In this document: one piece after another, positions 19,554-29,819 of the stretch
Layout: every line of letters begins with the position of its first letter
Numbering within the stretch: the stretch's first letter is position 1
Source: an uncultured Gammaproteobacteria bacterium
Lineage (GTDB): Bacteria; Patescibacteriota; Patescibacteriia; Patescibacteriales; GWE2-39-37
Direction of reading: 5' to 3'
Length of the DNA stretch: 64,000 nt
Assembly (NCBI GenBank): GCA_964443495.1
Contig: CAYUCS010000001.1
Coordinates: forward strand, 341,496 to 405,495
Notes under the pieces: model-generated
What the model saw: only the letters and a program-made list of their open reading frames with translations
What the model was told of the DNA's origin: nothing
Database searches by the model: none
Program-made: the position numbers and the translations under genes

Positions 19554-20768
19554 ATGATCTGTCCGAATTGCCAGCAACGATTCAACTATTTCAAGCAGGA
19601 TTTCAACAAGAAACGGAACGGAGAAAAAGGTTTTCCGTGTCCGCAGTGTGGAACTGGGCTCAGGCTTAGTGCGAACCTTGTGCGGCAGATAAAGGTGCTG
19701 CTGGCTATTTTCACGGCCATAATTTATGCCAGCTCATTTTTTCTGAGCAAGATAATCAAATGGCAAGATGTCTATGCAGTGATATACCCGTTGATCTTCG
19801 CGGTGTTTGTTTGCTTGTTTTATCGCGCCACTGAGTCGGCTACCGCCGAGGTTGCCATCAATAATCATGCCACTGCCGTCGCGCCTACTTCAAATAGCCA
19901 GCCGGCTACCGAGGTGCAAGCGGATGGTTTCAAGGTGAACCTGGGCCGCTCCGCCGCTCCATCGCCAATTCCTGGCGCCTATTCGGTGGTAATTTCCTTG
20001 GCGGCGGTTGCGATCTTGTTTTTCATCTTCATATCCGGTCTGTTCAAGAATCCGATGGCGCAACCTATAGTGAATCATGGCACTCCGACCAATGAAAAAG
20101 ATCCGGCCGGTTTATTGCGCGATTCCGACAGCGACGGTTTGCTTGATACGGAAGAAGGGATTGAATACGGTACAAGTCAAAAAGATGCGGATACTGACAA
20201 GGATGGCCTGACCGATTATGAAGAGATCAAGATCTACGGATCAGATCCTCTCAAAACCGACACCGATGCCGATGGACAGCCTGACGGCGTGGAGGCGACG
20301 GCAGGCAGCGACCCAGCCGGCGATGGAATGTTTAACCCTTTCGCCTCGCCGGAAACGACCCTGCATTACATGGAGCACGCGATTGCCAAGGGTAATTTGG
20401 ATGCTTATGAGTCGTCCTTCTATTATCCAGACTCATTCATTGAAGGATTTATTGGGCCGAATTTCGGGACTGACTTGCCAGGCTTCAAAAGACGATTCAA
20501 GAACAAGGTGTTTGCCGGCATGTCCAAGGATAACGTCGGAGCGGTGGTTATCTCAAAGCGCGAGGACGTCGACAAGGAGAATGTCGCGATAGAATATTAT
20601 CGTTTTACCATCGAGAACCGGAATCGGGGAATCGGCGATCAGGACAAGACTTATTTCAAGAAGATCGGCGACCGATGGCTGGTGGATATCGAGAAAGAAT
20701 TTACTGTGCTAAAGGAAACTAATCCCGAGAGGTGGCAGCTTAATGTGAAAGTATATTCGAACGAATAG
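19554..20768 (+). CDS. Membrane protein with N-terminal zinc ribbon and thrombospondin-type-3-like Ca-binding repeats
   Basis: CPNC...CPQC; TM helices; DSDSDGLLDTEE, DADTDKDGLTDYEE, DTDADGQPD repeats. Confidence 0.6.
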   Translation: MICPNCQQRFNYFKQDFNKKRNGEKGFPCPQCGTGLRLSANLVRQIKVLLAIFTAIIYASSFFLSKIIKWQDVYAVIYPLIFAVFVCLFYRATESATAEVAINNHATAVAPTSNSQPATEVQADGFKVNLGRSAAPSPIPGAYSVVISLAAVAILFFIFISGLFKNPMAQPIVNHGTPTNEKDPAGLLRDSDSDGLLDTEEGIEYGTSQKDADTDKDGLTDYEEIKIYGSDPLKTDTDADGQPDGVEATAGSDPAGDGMFNPFASPETTLHYMEHAIAKGNLDAYESSFYYPDSFIEGFIGPNFGTDLPGFKRRFKNKVFAGMSKDNVGAVVISKREDVDKENVAIEYYRFTIENRNRGIGDQDKTYFKKIGDRWLVDIEKEFTVLKETNPERWQLNVKVYSNE

Positions 20769-20789
20769 CTCGGGTTATGGCCATGTCTA

Positions 20790-20818
20790 TTGACAAAACA
20801 TGTTCTTCGTGCTATTAT
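20790..20818 (+). promoter_or_regulatory. Sigma-70-type promoter for the DEAD-box helicase gene
   Basis: TTGACA (20790-20795), 17-nt spacer, TATTAT (20813-20818). Confidence 0.55.
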
Positions 20819-20882
20819 TTCATTATCAATTAAATCAGATTCGAATCTCTCGTCTTTATCCGTGTTATACATAAAAGCATAG

Positions 20883-22139
20883 GTGGTCCCAGAGAAGTCG
20901 GATCACCTATTTTTTATGCAAGAACACAACTCTTCATCGGTAGTGCGTTTTAGCGATCTGGGCATCAGCACCAGCATTCTTAACGTGCTCCAAAAACTCA
21001 ACTTGGAAACGCCGACGCCGATCCAAGCCAAGGCGATTCCGTCGGCTCTCGACGGCAACGACCTGATCGGTATCGCCCAGACGGGAACCGGCAAGACTTT
21101 CGCCTTCGGCATCCCTATGTTGGAACGCATCGCCAAGACCAAGGGCAAAGGCTTGGTGCTTTTGCCGACCCGCGAGCTCGCGCTGCAAGTCGACGAGAAC
21201 CTTCAGAAAATCGGCAAAGAATTCGGCTTGCGCACCGCTTCATTGATCGGCGGCGAGCCGATCGGCAAGCAGATCAAGCAGATCCAAGCCAATCCGCACA
21301 TCATCATCGCCACTCCCGGGCGCTTGATCGACCATCTTAATAACCGCAAGACTATCAACCTGCGCAACGTGACCGTGCTCGTCTTGGACGAAGCGGACAT
21401 GATGTTCGACATGGGGTTCATTCCCCAGGTGGAAGAGATCTTGGGTCAGGTGCCGAAAGAGCGGCAGACCATGCTGTTCTCAGCCACCATGCCTTCAACG
21501 ATCGTGCGCTTGGTCAATAGGCACATGTCTTTGCCTTTGACCATCGAGGTCGCGCCGGCCGGCACCACCGCCGAGCGCGTGGACCAGGAAGTCTATGTCG
21601 TCAACAAGGAGGACCGTTTCAACCAGCTGACCAAGATGCTCGATGAATATACCGGTTCAGTCTTGATTTTTACCCGCACCAAGCACGGCGCCAAGGCGCT
21701 GACCAGGAATATCGGCAAACTCGGCTTCGGCGTGGCGGAAATCCATTCCAACCGCTCGTTCGAGCAGCGCAAGGCCGCTTTGGCCGGCTTCAAATCCGGC
21801 AAGTACCGCATCCTGGTGGCCACCGACATCGCCGCTCGCGGCATCGACGTCACCGGTATCGAGCTGGTGGTCAACTTCGACCTGCCTGATTCGACCGAAG
21901 ACTACGTCCATCGCATCGGCCGCACCGCGCGTGCCGGCAAGCAGGGCAAGGCTATCTCGTTCGCTTTGCCGACCCAGTGGAAGGATATCCGCGACATCGA
22001 GAAGCTGATCAAAAAAGATCTGGCTCTGAAAGAGTTCGCCCAGCTGATCAAGCCGGCAGCCCAGCCGAAGGCCTCGCTGTACGGCCGCATGGGCGGCGCC
22101 AGGCCGGTCGCTTTCCGCCGCGGCGGACGCCGGCGCTAG
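20883..22139 (+). CDS. DEAD-box ATP-dependent RNA helicase
   Basis: Q motif TPTPIQ, AQTGTGKT, VLDEADMMF (DEAD), SAT, HRIGRTARAG; start uncertain (GTG at 20883 or ATG at 20916). Confidence 0.9.
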   Translation: MVPEKSDHLFFMQEHNSSSVVRFSDLGISTSILNVLQKLNLETPTPIQAKAIPSALDGNDLIGIAQTGTGKTFAFGIPMLERIAKTKGKGLVLLPTRELALQVDENLQKIGKEFGLRTASLIGGEPIGKQIKQIQANPHIIIATPGRLIDHLNNRKTINLRNVTVLVLDEADMMFDMGFIPQVEEILGQVPKERQTMLFSATMPSTIVRLVNRHMSLPLTIEVAPAGTTAERVDQEVYVVNKEDRFNQLTKMLDEYTGSVLIFTRTKHGAKALTRNIGKLGFGVAEIHSNRSFEQRKAALAGFKSGKYRILVATDIAARGIDVTGIELVVNFDLPDSTEDYVHRIGRTARAGKQGKAISFALPTQWKDIRDIEKLIKKDLALKEFAQLIKPAAQPKASLYGRMGGARPVAFRRGGRRR

Positions 22140-22196
22140 GCTTGCCTAGTCTGGGAAAATATCTTATTATAAGAACATTGTTTTTCTTATAATATT

Positions 22197-22269
22197 GCCA
22201 GCTTAGCTCAGTTGGTAGAGCAGCAGTTTTGTAAACTGCGGGTCATGGGTTCGAGCCCCTTAGCTGGCT
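22197..22269 (+). tRNA. tRNA-Thr(UGU): tRNA-Thr (anticodon UGU)
   Basis: GCCAGCT/AGCTGGC acceptor, GCAGT-TTTGTAA-ACTGC anticodon arm, TTCGAGC T loop (one T-T mismatch in the T stem). Confidence 0.85.
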
Positions 22270-22276
22270 CCTGCGA

Positions 22277-22304
22277 AAACTCCGCCTGAGGGCGGAGTTT
22301 TTTT
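22277..22304 (+). terminator. Terminator after tRNA-Thr
   Basis: CTCCGCC-TGAG-GGCGGAG followed by T7. Confidence 0.7.
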
Positions 22305-22313
22305 GAAGCGAAT

Positions 22314-23573
22314 ATGGAAAAGCCTACATATAAAATCTACGGCCTGGGTTGCAAAGTAAACCAGTATGACGCCGGCTATTTGGCCAAGCAGCTTGAGCGG
22401 CTCGGCTTTTTGCCGGCTGATGGCCCGGCTAGCTTGGCTATCGTCAATACCTGCACTGTCACGCAGGCAGCTATCGCCAAAGACTTCAAGACTGTTGAAA
22501 AGGCGCGCCAGGAAAATCCAGATGCCAAGATCGCTATCACCGGCTGCCTGCCAGTCAACTATCGCGAGCAGGCTTTGGCTGCCGGTGTCGATTATGTCGC
22601 CTCGGTCAAGGAAAGCGGCGATCTGGTCAATCAGGTCGCCGTTGATTTCGGCTTGGCCATGCCGAGCGGCTGCGGCACGATCGTGACCGACCAGTCCGGC
22701 CATTCGCGCTATTTCCTCAAAGTCCAAGACGGCTGCCGGCAGTTCTGCTCTTACTGCATCATTCCGTACAATCGCGGCAAACTGTCCAGCCGCCCAGCCG
22801 CCGAAGTGCTCAAAGAAGTCGAAGCGGCAACGGAGCAAGGGTTCGAAGAGGTTGTCTTGTGCGGCATCCACCTCGGGCTTTACGGAGTGGATAGCGAGTC
22901 GCAAGCGGCCAGCGGCGGCCGATATCATATGGTCGATTTGTTGAACGATTTATTCAAGATTGAAAAACTGAAGAAGGTCAGGTTGAGCTCGATCGAGGTT
23001 ACCGAAGTCAATGACGAAATGATCGCGCTTATGGAGTCGAATCGCAAATTCGTGCGCCATTTGCATATCCCGCTTCAGGCCGGTACGGACAAGATATTGA
23101 AGTCGATGAATCGACCTTACGACCTGGCTTATTTCAAAGAACGTATCGCCAGGTTGCGGGCGGCTGTGCCCGAAGTGGCGATCTCGACCGACCTGATCGT
23201 CGGTTTTCCGGGCGAGACGGATGACGACTTCGTATCGACGTTAGCGTGCGTGGAGCATATGGCCTTCAGCAAAGTGCACGTCTTTCCGTTTTCGGCACAT
23301 GAAAAAACGCCGGCCTATTCCATGCCGGATCAGCTTGATGAGGCAACCAAGAAGAACCGCGCCGCCGCCGTCCAAAAATTGAGCGACGCGCTCGAGCTGG
23401 AGTACGACAAGAGCTTTATCGGCCGGGAAGTAGAGGCGGTTATCGACGGCCGCAGCCAAGGCGGCAGCTATCGGGCCAAGAGCGAATATTATTTCGATGT
23501 CATCTTCGAGTCAGAACAGGTACATCGCCCTGGCGAAGTAGTGAAGATAAAAGATTGGAAGCTGCTTCAATAA
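22314..23573 (+). CDS. MiaB/MtaB-family radical-SAM tRNA methylthiotransferase
   Basis: N-terminal GCKVNQYD / NTCTVT / TGC cysteines, CRQFCSYCIIP radical-SAM motif, C-terminal TRAM-like domain. Confidence 0.85.
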   Translation: MEKPTYKIYGLGCKVNQYDAGYLAKQLERLGFLPADGPASLAIVNTCTVTQAAIAKDFKTVEKARQENPDAKIAITGCLPVNYREQALAAGVDYVASVKESGDLVNQVAVDFGLAMPSGCGTIVTDQSGHSRYFLKVQDGCRQFCSYCIIPYNRGKLSSRPAAEVLKEVEAATEQGFEEVVLCGIHLGLYGVDSESQAASGGRYHMVDLLNDLFKIEKLKKVRLSSIEVTEVNDEMIALMESNRKFVRHLHIPLQAGTDKILKSMNRPYDLAYFKERIARLRAAVPEVAISTDLIVGFPGETDDDFVSTLACVEHMAFSKVHVFPFSAHEKTPAYSMPDQLDEATKKNRAAAVQKLSDALELEYDKSFIGREVEAVIDGRSQGGSYRAKSEYYFDVIFESEQVHRPGEVVKIKDWKLLQ

Positions 23574-23604
23574 AAAAATGCCCGCTGCGTTGTAGCAGCG
23601 GGCT
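23573..23604 (-). terminator. Terminator for the minus-strand secreted-protein gene
   Basis: GCCCGCTGC / GCAGCGGGC stem; the A-run on the plus strand gives a T-run on the minus strand. Confidence 0.55.
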
Positions 23605-23627
23605 GGTGATGGTGCTTAAGGTCGGGA

Positions 23628-24209
23628 CTAGCGGTTTAGGATGGCTTCCGCGAGCTTTTGGGTTTCCGTCAATCTTACACCCATGATGTCGTAGTAATAC
23701 TTCGTTACTGCGACAAGGCGGGTTTGTCCTGGTTGGACCGTGAATCTCAGGTCGCAGAGAGGGATTTTGCCGGTTTTGACATTGGTATCGATTACTGATG
23801 TCATCGATACGGCATTTCCTTGCTGGACGAAATTCTCGACCAATGACTTTTTGTCAGGGTCTGTCACAGTGAAGTTTTCCATCATCTGGACGTAGTTCAA
23901 GTTAGACTCGATCAGTCCGGCCAAGGAGTTGCCCCTCGGGGAGATTATCGGATCTGACATGGCCACCATGGACGCGTTGTAGGACACGAAGACCTCGGCT
24001 CCGGCGATGGTTTTTGTGGTGTTGAGATACAGTGTTGCCGTTCCATTGCCGGAGGCGTCAATCGATATGTTTTCGATCGACAGGGAATCGAGCTTTGGTA
24101 TCGTGGCCAGTAGCCTCAAACCGGTAGGCGCCTTGGGAAGGCAGTGGGCGATGCCGGCAAGCGACATCGAAAACGTGAATACGACGACCAAAAAAACGAT
24201 CCTTTTCAT
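23628..24209 (-). CDS. Secreted hypothetical protein (cohesin-like beta-sandwich, tentative)
   Basis: Signal peptide MKRIVFLVVVFTFSMSLAGIAHC; beta-rich sequence. Confidence 0.55.
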   Translation of the reverse strand: MKRIVFLVVVFTFSMSLAGIAHCLPKAPTGLRLLATIPKLDSLSIENISIDASGNGTATLYLNTTKTIAGAEVFVSYNASMVAMSDPIISPRGNSLAGLIESNLNYVQMMENFTVTDPDKKSLVENFVQQGNAVSMTSVIDTNVKTGKIPLCDLRFTVQPGQTRLVAVTKYYYDIMGVRLTETQKLAEAILNR

Positions 24210-24390
24210 GCGTGTCTCCTTTTTTCTTGTAGCAGTTGGACGTATGGGCCCTTAAGCGGGTTTGGGTAAAAGAACAGTAATTATCATATAATAATACATT
24301 TTGCTAATTTTGTCAATGGTTTGGGCTAATTTTAGCCTAGTATAGGCAAAAAAGTTGCCATTTTTGCTATTTTTAGGTATCTTTACCAGT

Positions 24391-25776
<1,386 letters not shown>

Positions 25777-25801
25777 GATACTCAAAAATAAAAATATCCC
25801 C

Positions 25802-27010
25802 ATGCAAACAAGGCATCATCAGTTGCATTTTTGGAGTTTCCTCCGCAACAAGGAAATGAACGAGATCTATCTGTCATACGGCGTCACTAACTTCGCCCTG
25901 GGCCTCGTTTCCATTTTCGTCCCGATCTATCTCTACAAGCTCGGCTTCCCCTTGCCTTGGATTTTGGGGTATTATTTCATGCTGCCCCTATCGTCAGTGC
26001 TGCTGACCAACCGGGTATGCGCCAGGGTCGTGGCCAAGTCCGGGGTCAAATGGTCGATGCTTATCGCGGTGCTGTTCAAGATGCTGTTTTTTACCTGCCT
26101 CTATCTCTTGCCGGCGCATCGATGGCTGTTCTTCGTCTTGCCTCTTTTGAATATGCTCAAGACGCAGATCTCGAGCTTGGGGTACCACCTTAATTTCATC
26201 GAGCACTCCGATGCCGCACATCGCGGGCGGCAGGTTTCGATCCTGCAATCGACCGCTTTGGCCGCCAATCTGCTGGCCCCGCTTATCGGCGGAGTGGTCA
26301 TCGGCCTCGTCGGTTTCAAGATGCTGTTCGTCGGCGCCATCATGCTGATGGCGGTGGCGGCGATTCCGATATTGATTCTGCCTACCCACAAGAACCTCAA
26401 GCCGGTCGAGTTCGATATCAAGAATATGTGGCGCGACATGCTTAAGCGGGAGAACTTGCCGCTATTCCTGAGCTATGGAGGCTACGCGATCGAGGAGTGG
26501 ATCGGCTTCGTGGTCTGGTCGCTGTTCCTCTTTTTCATACTACATAACACCGAGTCGGTCGGAGCGGCCAGCTCGATCGTAGCGGCCGTCACCTTTTTGG
26601 TCTTCTATCTGGTCGGCCGCCTGTCAGACAAGGTCAGCAAGAAAAAACTGATCAAGCTCGGCACTTTCCTCTATTTTTTCGGCTGGGTCGGCCGCCTGTT
26701 CGCCGACAGCTTCAGCTCGGTCATCTTCATCGATTCGTACAAGAATATCACCGGCAACTTCCTGCAAGTGCCGTGGTCGGCCTTTTCCTATGACTTGGCA
26801 GCGCGCCGCAACTACTTCCGTTTCATCGTCCAGCGCGAGCTGATGTTCGATCTTGCCCGGGTAATGGTTGCGCCGATCATTATTCTCGTTTTTGTCGCCA
26901 ACTACCACCCTTTCCTGATAGCCTTCACCATCGCCGCCTTGGCGAGTTTGGGGTATATGACGATAAATTATCTGCCGGAGAACATGGCTGGCGAATTCGA
27001 AAAACAATAA
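25802..27010 (+). CDS. MFS-type transporter
   Basis: About 12 hydrophobic helices; ATG at 25802 avoids the overlap with cysS that the longer ORF (25544) would create. Confidence 0.65.
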   Translation: MQTRHHQLHFWSFLRNKEMNEIYLSYGVTNFALGLVSIFVPIYLYKLGFPLPWILGYYFMLPLSSVLLTNRVCARVVAKSGVKWSMLIAVLFKMLFFTCLYLLPAHRWLFFVLPLLNMLKTQISSLGYHLNFIEHSDAAHRGRQVSILQSTALAANLLAPLIGGVVIGLVGFKMLFVGAIMLMAVAAIPILILPTHKNLKPVEFDIKNMWRDMLKRENLPLFLSYGGYAIEEWIGFVVWSLFLFFILHNTESVGAASSIVAAVTFLVFYLVGRLSDKVSKKKLIKLGTFLYFFGWVGRLFADSFSSVIFIDSYKNITGNFLQVPWSAFSYDLAARRNYFRFIVQRELMFDLARVMVAPIIILVFVANYHPFLIAFTIAALASLGYMTINYLPENMAGEFEKQ

Positions 27011-27027
27011 TTCAAGCGACAACTTAA

Positions 27028-27064
27028 ACAAGGCCCGCCAATCCATTTCGGCGGGCCTTGTTTG
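27028..27064 (+). terminator. Terminator after the MFS gene
   Basis: ACAAGGCCCGCC / GGCGGGCCTTGT 12-bp stem. Confidence 0.65.
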
Positions 27065-27168
27065 CAAGACCTGGACATCGCGCGGCCAATGTGGTTATAT
27101 GTCAATTGCAAAGCGTTCTTTGAATATACCAGGCCGGCGGGCGAAAAAAACGCAGAAAGGAGTACACG

Positions 27169-27459
27169 ATGAGACTAAAGACCCGGGTTATTCCGAACTT
27201 CGCTCACTTCCCAATGGATCCGCTCAAGCCGATGATGGAAACGCTTACGGTTGAGCTCTATGATGACGAGAAGGTTCTCGGCATCAACGATGAGGGACAA
27301 CTTCTTTTACTGGTTAATTTTGCCAACTCGCCCCACGACACTCCGCGCAAAGTGCTGTGTCACTTCATCACGCTTGACTTCGATTTTGACCCAACCCACA
27401 TGGAGTATAGGGGCCAGGCAAGAGGAAGGTCGTTGTTCGTCGAAGAACCGCACGGCTGA
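27169..27459 (+). CDS. Hypothetical protein (96 aa)
   Basis: AAAGGAG Shine-Dalgarno; native-looking composition; no domain recognised. Confidence 0.5.
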   Translation: MRLKTRVIPNFAHFPMDPLKPMMETLTVELYDDEKVLGINDEGQLLLLVNFANSPHDTPRKVLCHFITLDFDFDPTHMEYRGQARGRSLFVEEPHG

Positions 27460-27520
27460 CGACTCCACGCTGCGATAATAACTGACTCCGGAATAAGTCG
27501 GCCATGACGAATAAAACAAA

Positions 27521-27556
27521 AACCCTGCGGCAATGATGCGCAGGGTTGTTTTTTTA
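27521..27556. terminator. Bidirectional terminator at the left edge of the AT-rich island
   Basis: AACCCTGCG / CGCAGGGTT stem, then T9; A-rich upstream. Confidence 0.7.
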
Positions 27557-27574
27557 TTACCGAAAATCAAAAGT

Positions 27575-28048
27575 TTATTTTCTTTGGTCAACTAAACCCC
27601 CGATATACTTCGCTTTATAAATTTCATCTCCATCCGCGGACTTGATTATTTCCTCGCCAAAAAAATTATCGATTTCTCCTTCGTAAACATTGATATATTC
27701 AACGTCGTCAAGGTTGTATCGTTTTGGGCCACGAAATGGTTTATCCTCGGGAATCTGCGAAAGCGCACCCTGCAAGGTTTTGTAAACAGTCTGAACATCA
27801 GCAACGCCTTCAACCACCCAGCCATAATAAACCATCATGTAAACAGGTAAGCCTCGAAAAAATACAACCTCTCGTCCGCCATATGGTTCACCGCCAAAGT
27901 AATTATCATGATATTTCCAATCCCCATCTTCAAATATCAATGTTGTGGATTTGTCAGCTTCAACAATTTTTTTGGCAGAGTCACCAGCCGCATAAGTTGA
28001 TTTTTTAGCTTTAACCAGAAATTTACAAAGCTCGTTTTGGTCAAACAT
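27575..28048 (-). CDS. DUF5680-like protein of unknown function
   Basis: WKYHDNYFGGEPYGGREVVFFRGLPVYMMVYYGWV block as I remember it for DUF5680; AT-rich gene. Confidence 0.5.
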   Translation of the reverse strand: MFDQNELCKFLVKAKKSTYAAGDSAKKIVEADKSTTLIFEDGDWKYHDNYFGGEPYGGREVVFFRGLPVYMMVYYGWVVEGVADVQTVYKTLQGALSQIPEDKPFRGPKRYNLDDVEYINVYEGEIDNFFGEEIIKSADGDEIYKAKYIGGLVDQRK

Positions 28049-28310
28049 GATTTTAAATTACCACCTTAAAAATAAATTTTATTTCACTTAACGTTACTCA
28101 CATGCGAAGTTCGTTTGAAGCGTAGTGAAAACGAATTTGGGTGGAGGCTTTCGGAGAAAACCGTAACCGCATGTGAGTTGTTGTGCGATGTGAATATTTT
28201 TCTTTTGTTCGCCCTTAGACGAACGGCTCAAAAAAAGAATCTAATTTTGTTTTTCCGTCTTGGATTCAGGCCAGAGGGGTCAGGGGTGAATGGCCTGGAG
28301 CCAAGACTCC

Positions 28311-29561
28311 TTAAATTTTAAAAAAAATATCATTCAAATTATCCTCAGAAAAAGATGCATCATCTTTAATCCAAAACTTTATTGAATCTCGAAGAAATCC
28401 TTCTATCTTTATTATATCATCATTAGTTAATCCGTGTTTATTTCCATGCACTATTTTACTTCTGGTTGCATACATTTTTTTAATAAAATCAAATATTTCT
28501 TTTCTATGATCTTGATCTCCCAAAAGAAAAGCCACGCGCATTGATAATCTAAATGTTAATTCGTCATTTCCATTTGGTAAATATAGTGATTCAAGACCTA
28601 TCATATAGTCAATCAATTTATCTTCAATATTTCTTCGTTCCATGCCAAGACTCAATCTTCTCATGGCTATATTAAATCTAGTATCTTTTTCTTTCGTAAT
28701 GAACTGGTAAATATCAGAAAGTTCTTCAATTTCTGATTTTACAAGTACGCACTTTTCCCCTATAACTATATTTTCAAACCAGGAACCAATGGTTGTAATG
28801 CCGCCGTGAGGATGGAATGTTTCCATTTCTGAATTAATTCTATGATCCCTGTAAACTCCCGAAGATTTTAATATTCTAAGTGCGCTTATCACTCTATCAA
28901 AAATGTCACTTGATATGTTTAATTCATCCTCACCAGGAATAGCAAGTGGCTCTTCTGGCTCAGATGGCACTCCAGATTTAATAATTTTAGCGGTTTCATA
29001 CTTTCTTTGAATAATATATGATGATTTTGAAAAATTAGCATATCCTCCCTCAAAGTCATAATCAGGCTCTGATAAACTAACAACTTTAGTTTTTATTACA
29101 ATTCCGTCACTCAGATCAATCTCAGCCTCTTCATATTGAAAGTTGTACAGTGCGGTTGAGTCAATAAATTGCAGCTTTTCAGAATAAAATAACTCTTCAA
29201 AGCTCAAATATGCCTGATTGAATATGTCTAATGAAAATTCAGCATTTTTAAAATAAAAGCTTCTCAAGAAACTCAAAAGACACGATTCGGAATTTCCAGT
29301 GGTTGTAAAACCTCGGCAAGTTCCAACAAGATTGCCAAGTAAGCCGTTAATTTCTGGAGCAACTTTCATTATTTCCTCACATTCACTAAATTCTGGTATT
29401 TTTTTAATCTCATTATCAAAATTTATTAATAATCTAATTACATAATATTTTTCACTCATGCGTTGCGGATCTAACTTTAAATTCCGACCATAAAAAGAAA
29501 GTGCTGACTCAGTTAGCACTTGAAGGTTGATATACAATTCCTTGTTGTGTATTTGTTCCAT
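28311..29561 (-). CDS. HEPN-domain protein (C-terminal Rx4H RNase-type motif) with an unknown N-terminal region
   Basis: C-terminal helices RFNIAMRRLSLGMER, LIDYMIGLESLY, LTFRLSMRVAFLLG, KKMYATRSKIVHG (R367..H372, nt 28446-28463); very AT-rich. Confidence 0.6.
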   Translation of the reverse strand: MEQIHNKELYINLQVLTESALSFYGRNLKLDPQRMSEKYYVIRLLINFDNEIKKIPEFSECEEIMKVAPEINGLLGNLVGTCRGFTTTGNSESCLLSFLRSFYFKNAEFSLDIFNQAYLSFEELFYSEKLQFIDSTALYNFQYEEAEIDLSDGIVIKTKVVSLSEPDYDFEGGYANFSKSSYIIQRKYETAKIIKSGVPSEPEEPLAIPGEDELNISSDIFDRVISALRILKSSGVYRDHRINSEMETFHPHGGITTIGSWFENIVIGEKCVLVKSEIEELSDIYQFITKEKDTRFNIAMRRLSLGMERRNIEDKLIDYMIGLESLYLPNGNDELTFRLSMRVAFLLGDQDHRKEIFDFIKKMYATRSKIVHGNKHGLTNDDIIKIEGFLRDSIKFWIKDDASFSEDNLNDIFFKI

Positions 29562-29819
29562 ATTGAAAAATATTCAAATAAACTTTTTTTGCCTCTTTGT
29601 AGGCAAAAAAACACCTTATTACCCCTATATAAATAGATAAAAAAACAAAATTGAATTCTTTTTTGAGCCAGGGCGTAGCCCAAAAGGAAAACATGCATTT
29701 CGCACAACTCGTTATTATGCGAAATGTTTTCGCAAAACATGCTTAAATGTGTATGTTATACGAAATGTTTGATATAATTTTAGTGTTCGCTAACTTTAGA
29801 TTAATTATACCAATTGGCT

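Noticed and set aside
28115-28321. 68-aa plus-strand ORF in the island spacer
   Set aside because: It has no ribosome-binding site, its sequence is odd, and it overlaps inverted repeats and the terminator region of the HEPN gene. It is more likely non-coding.
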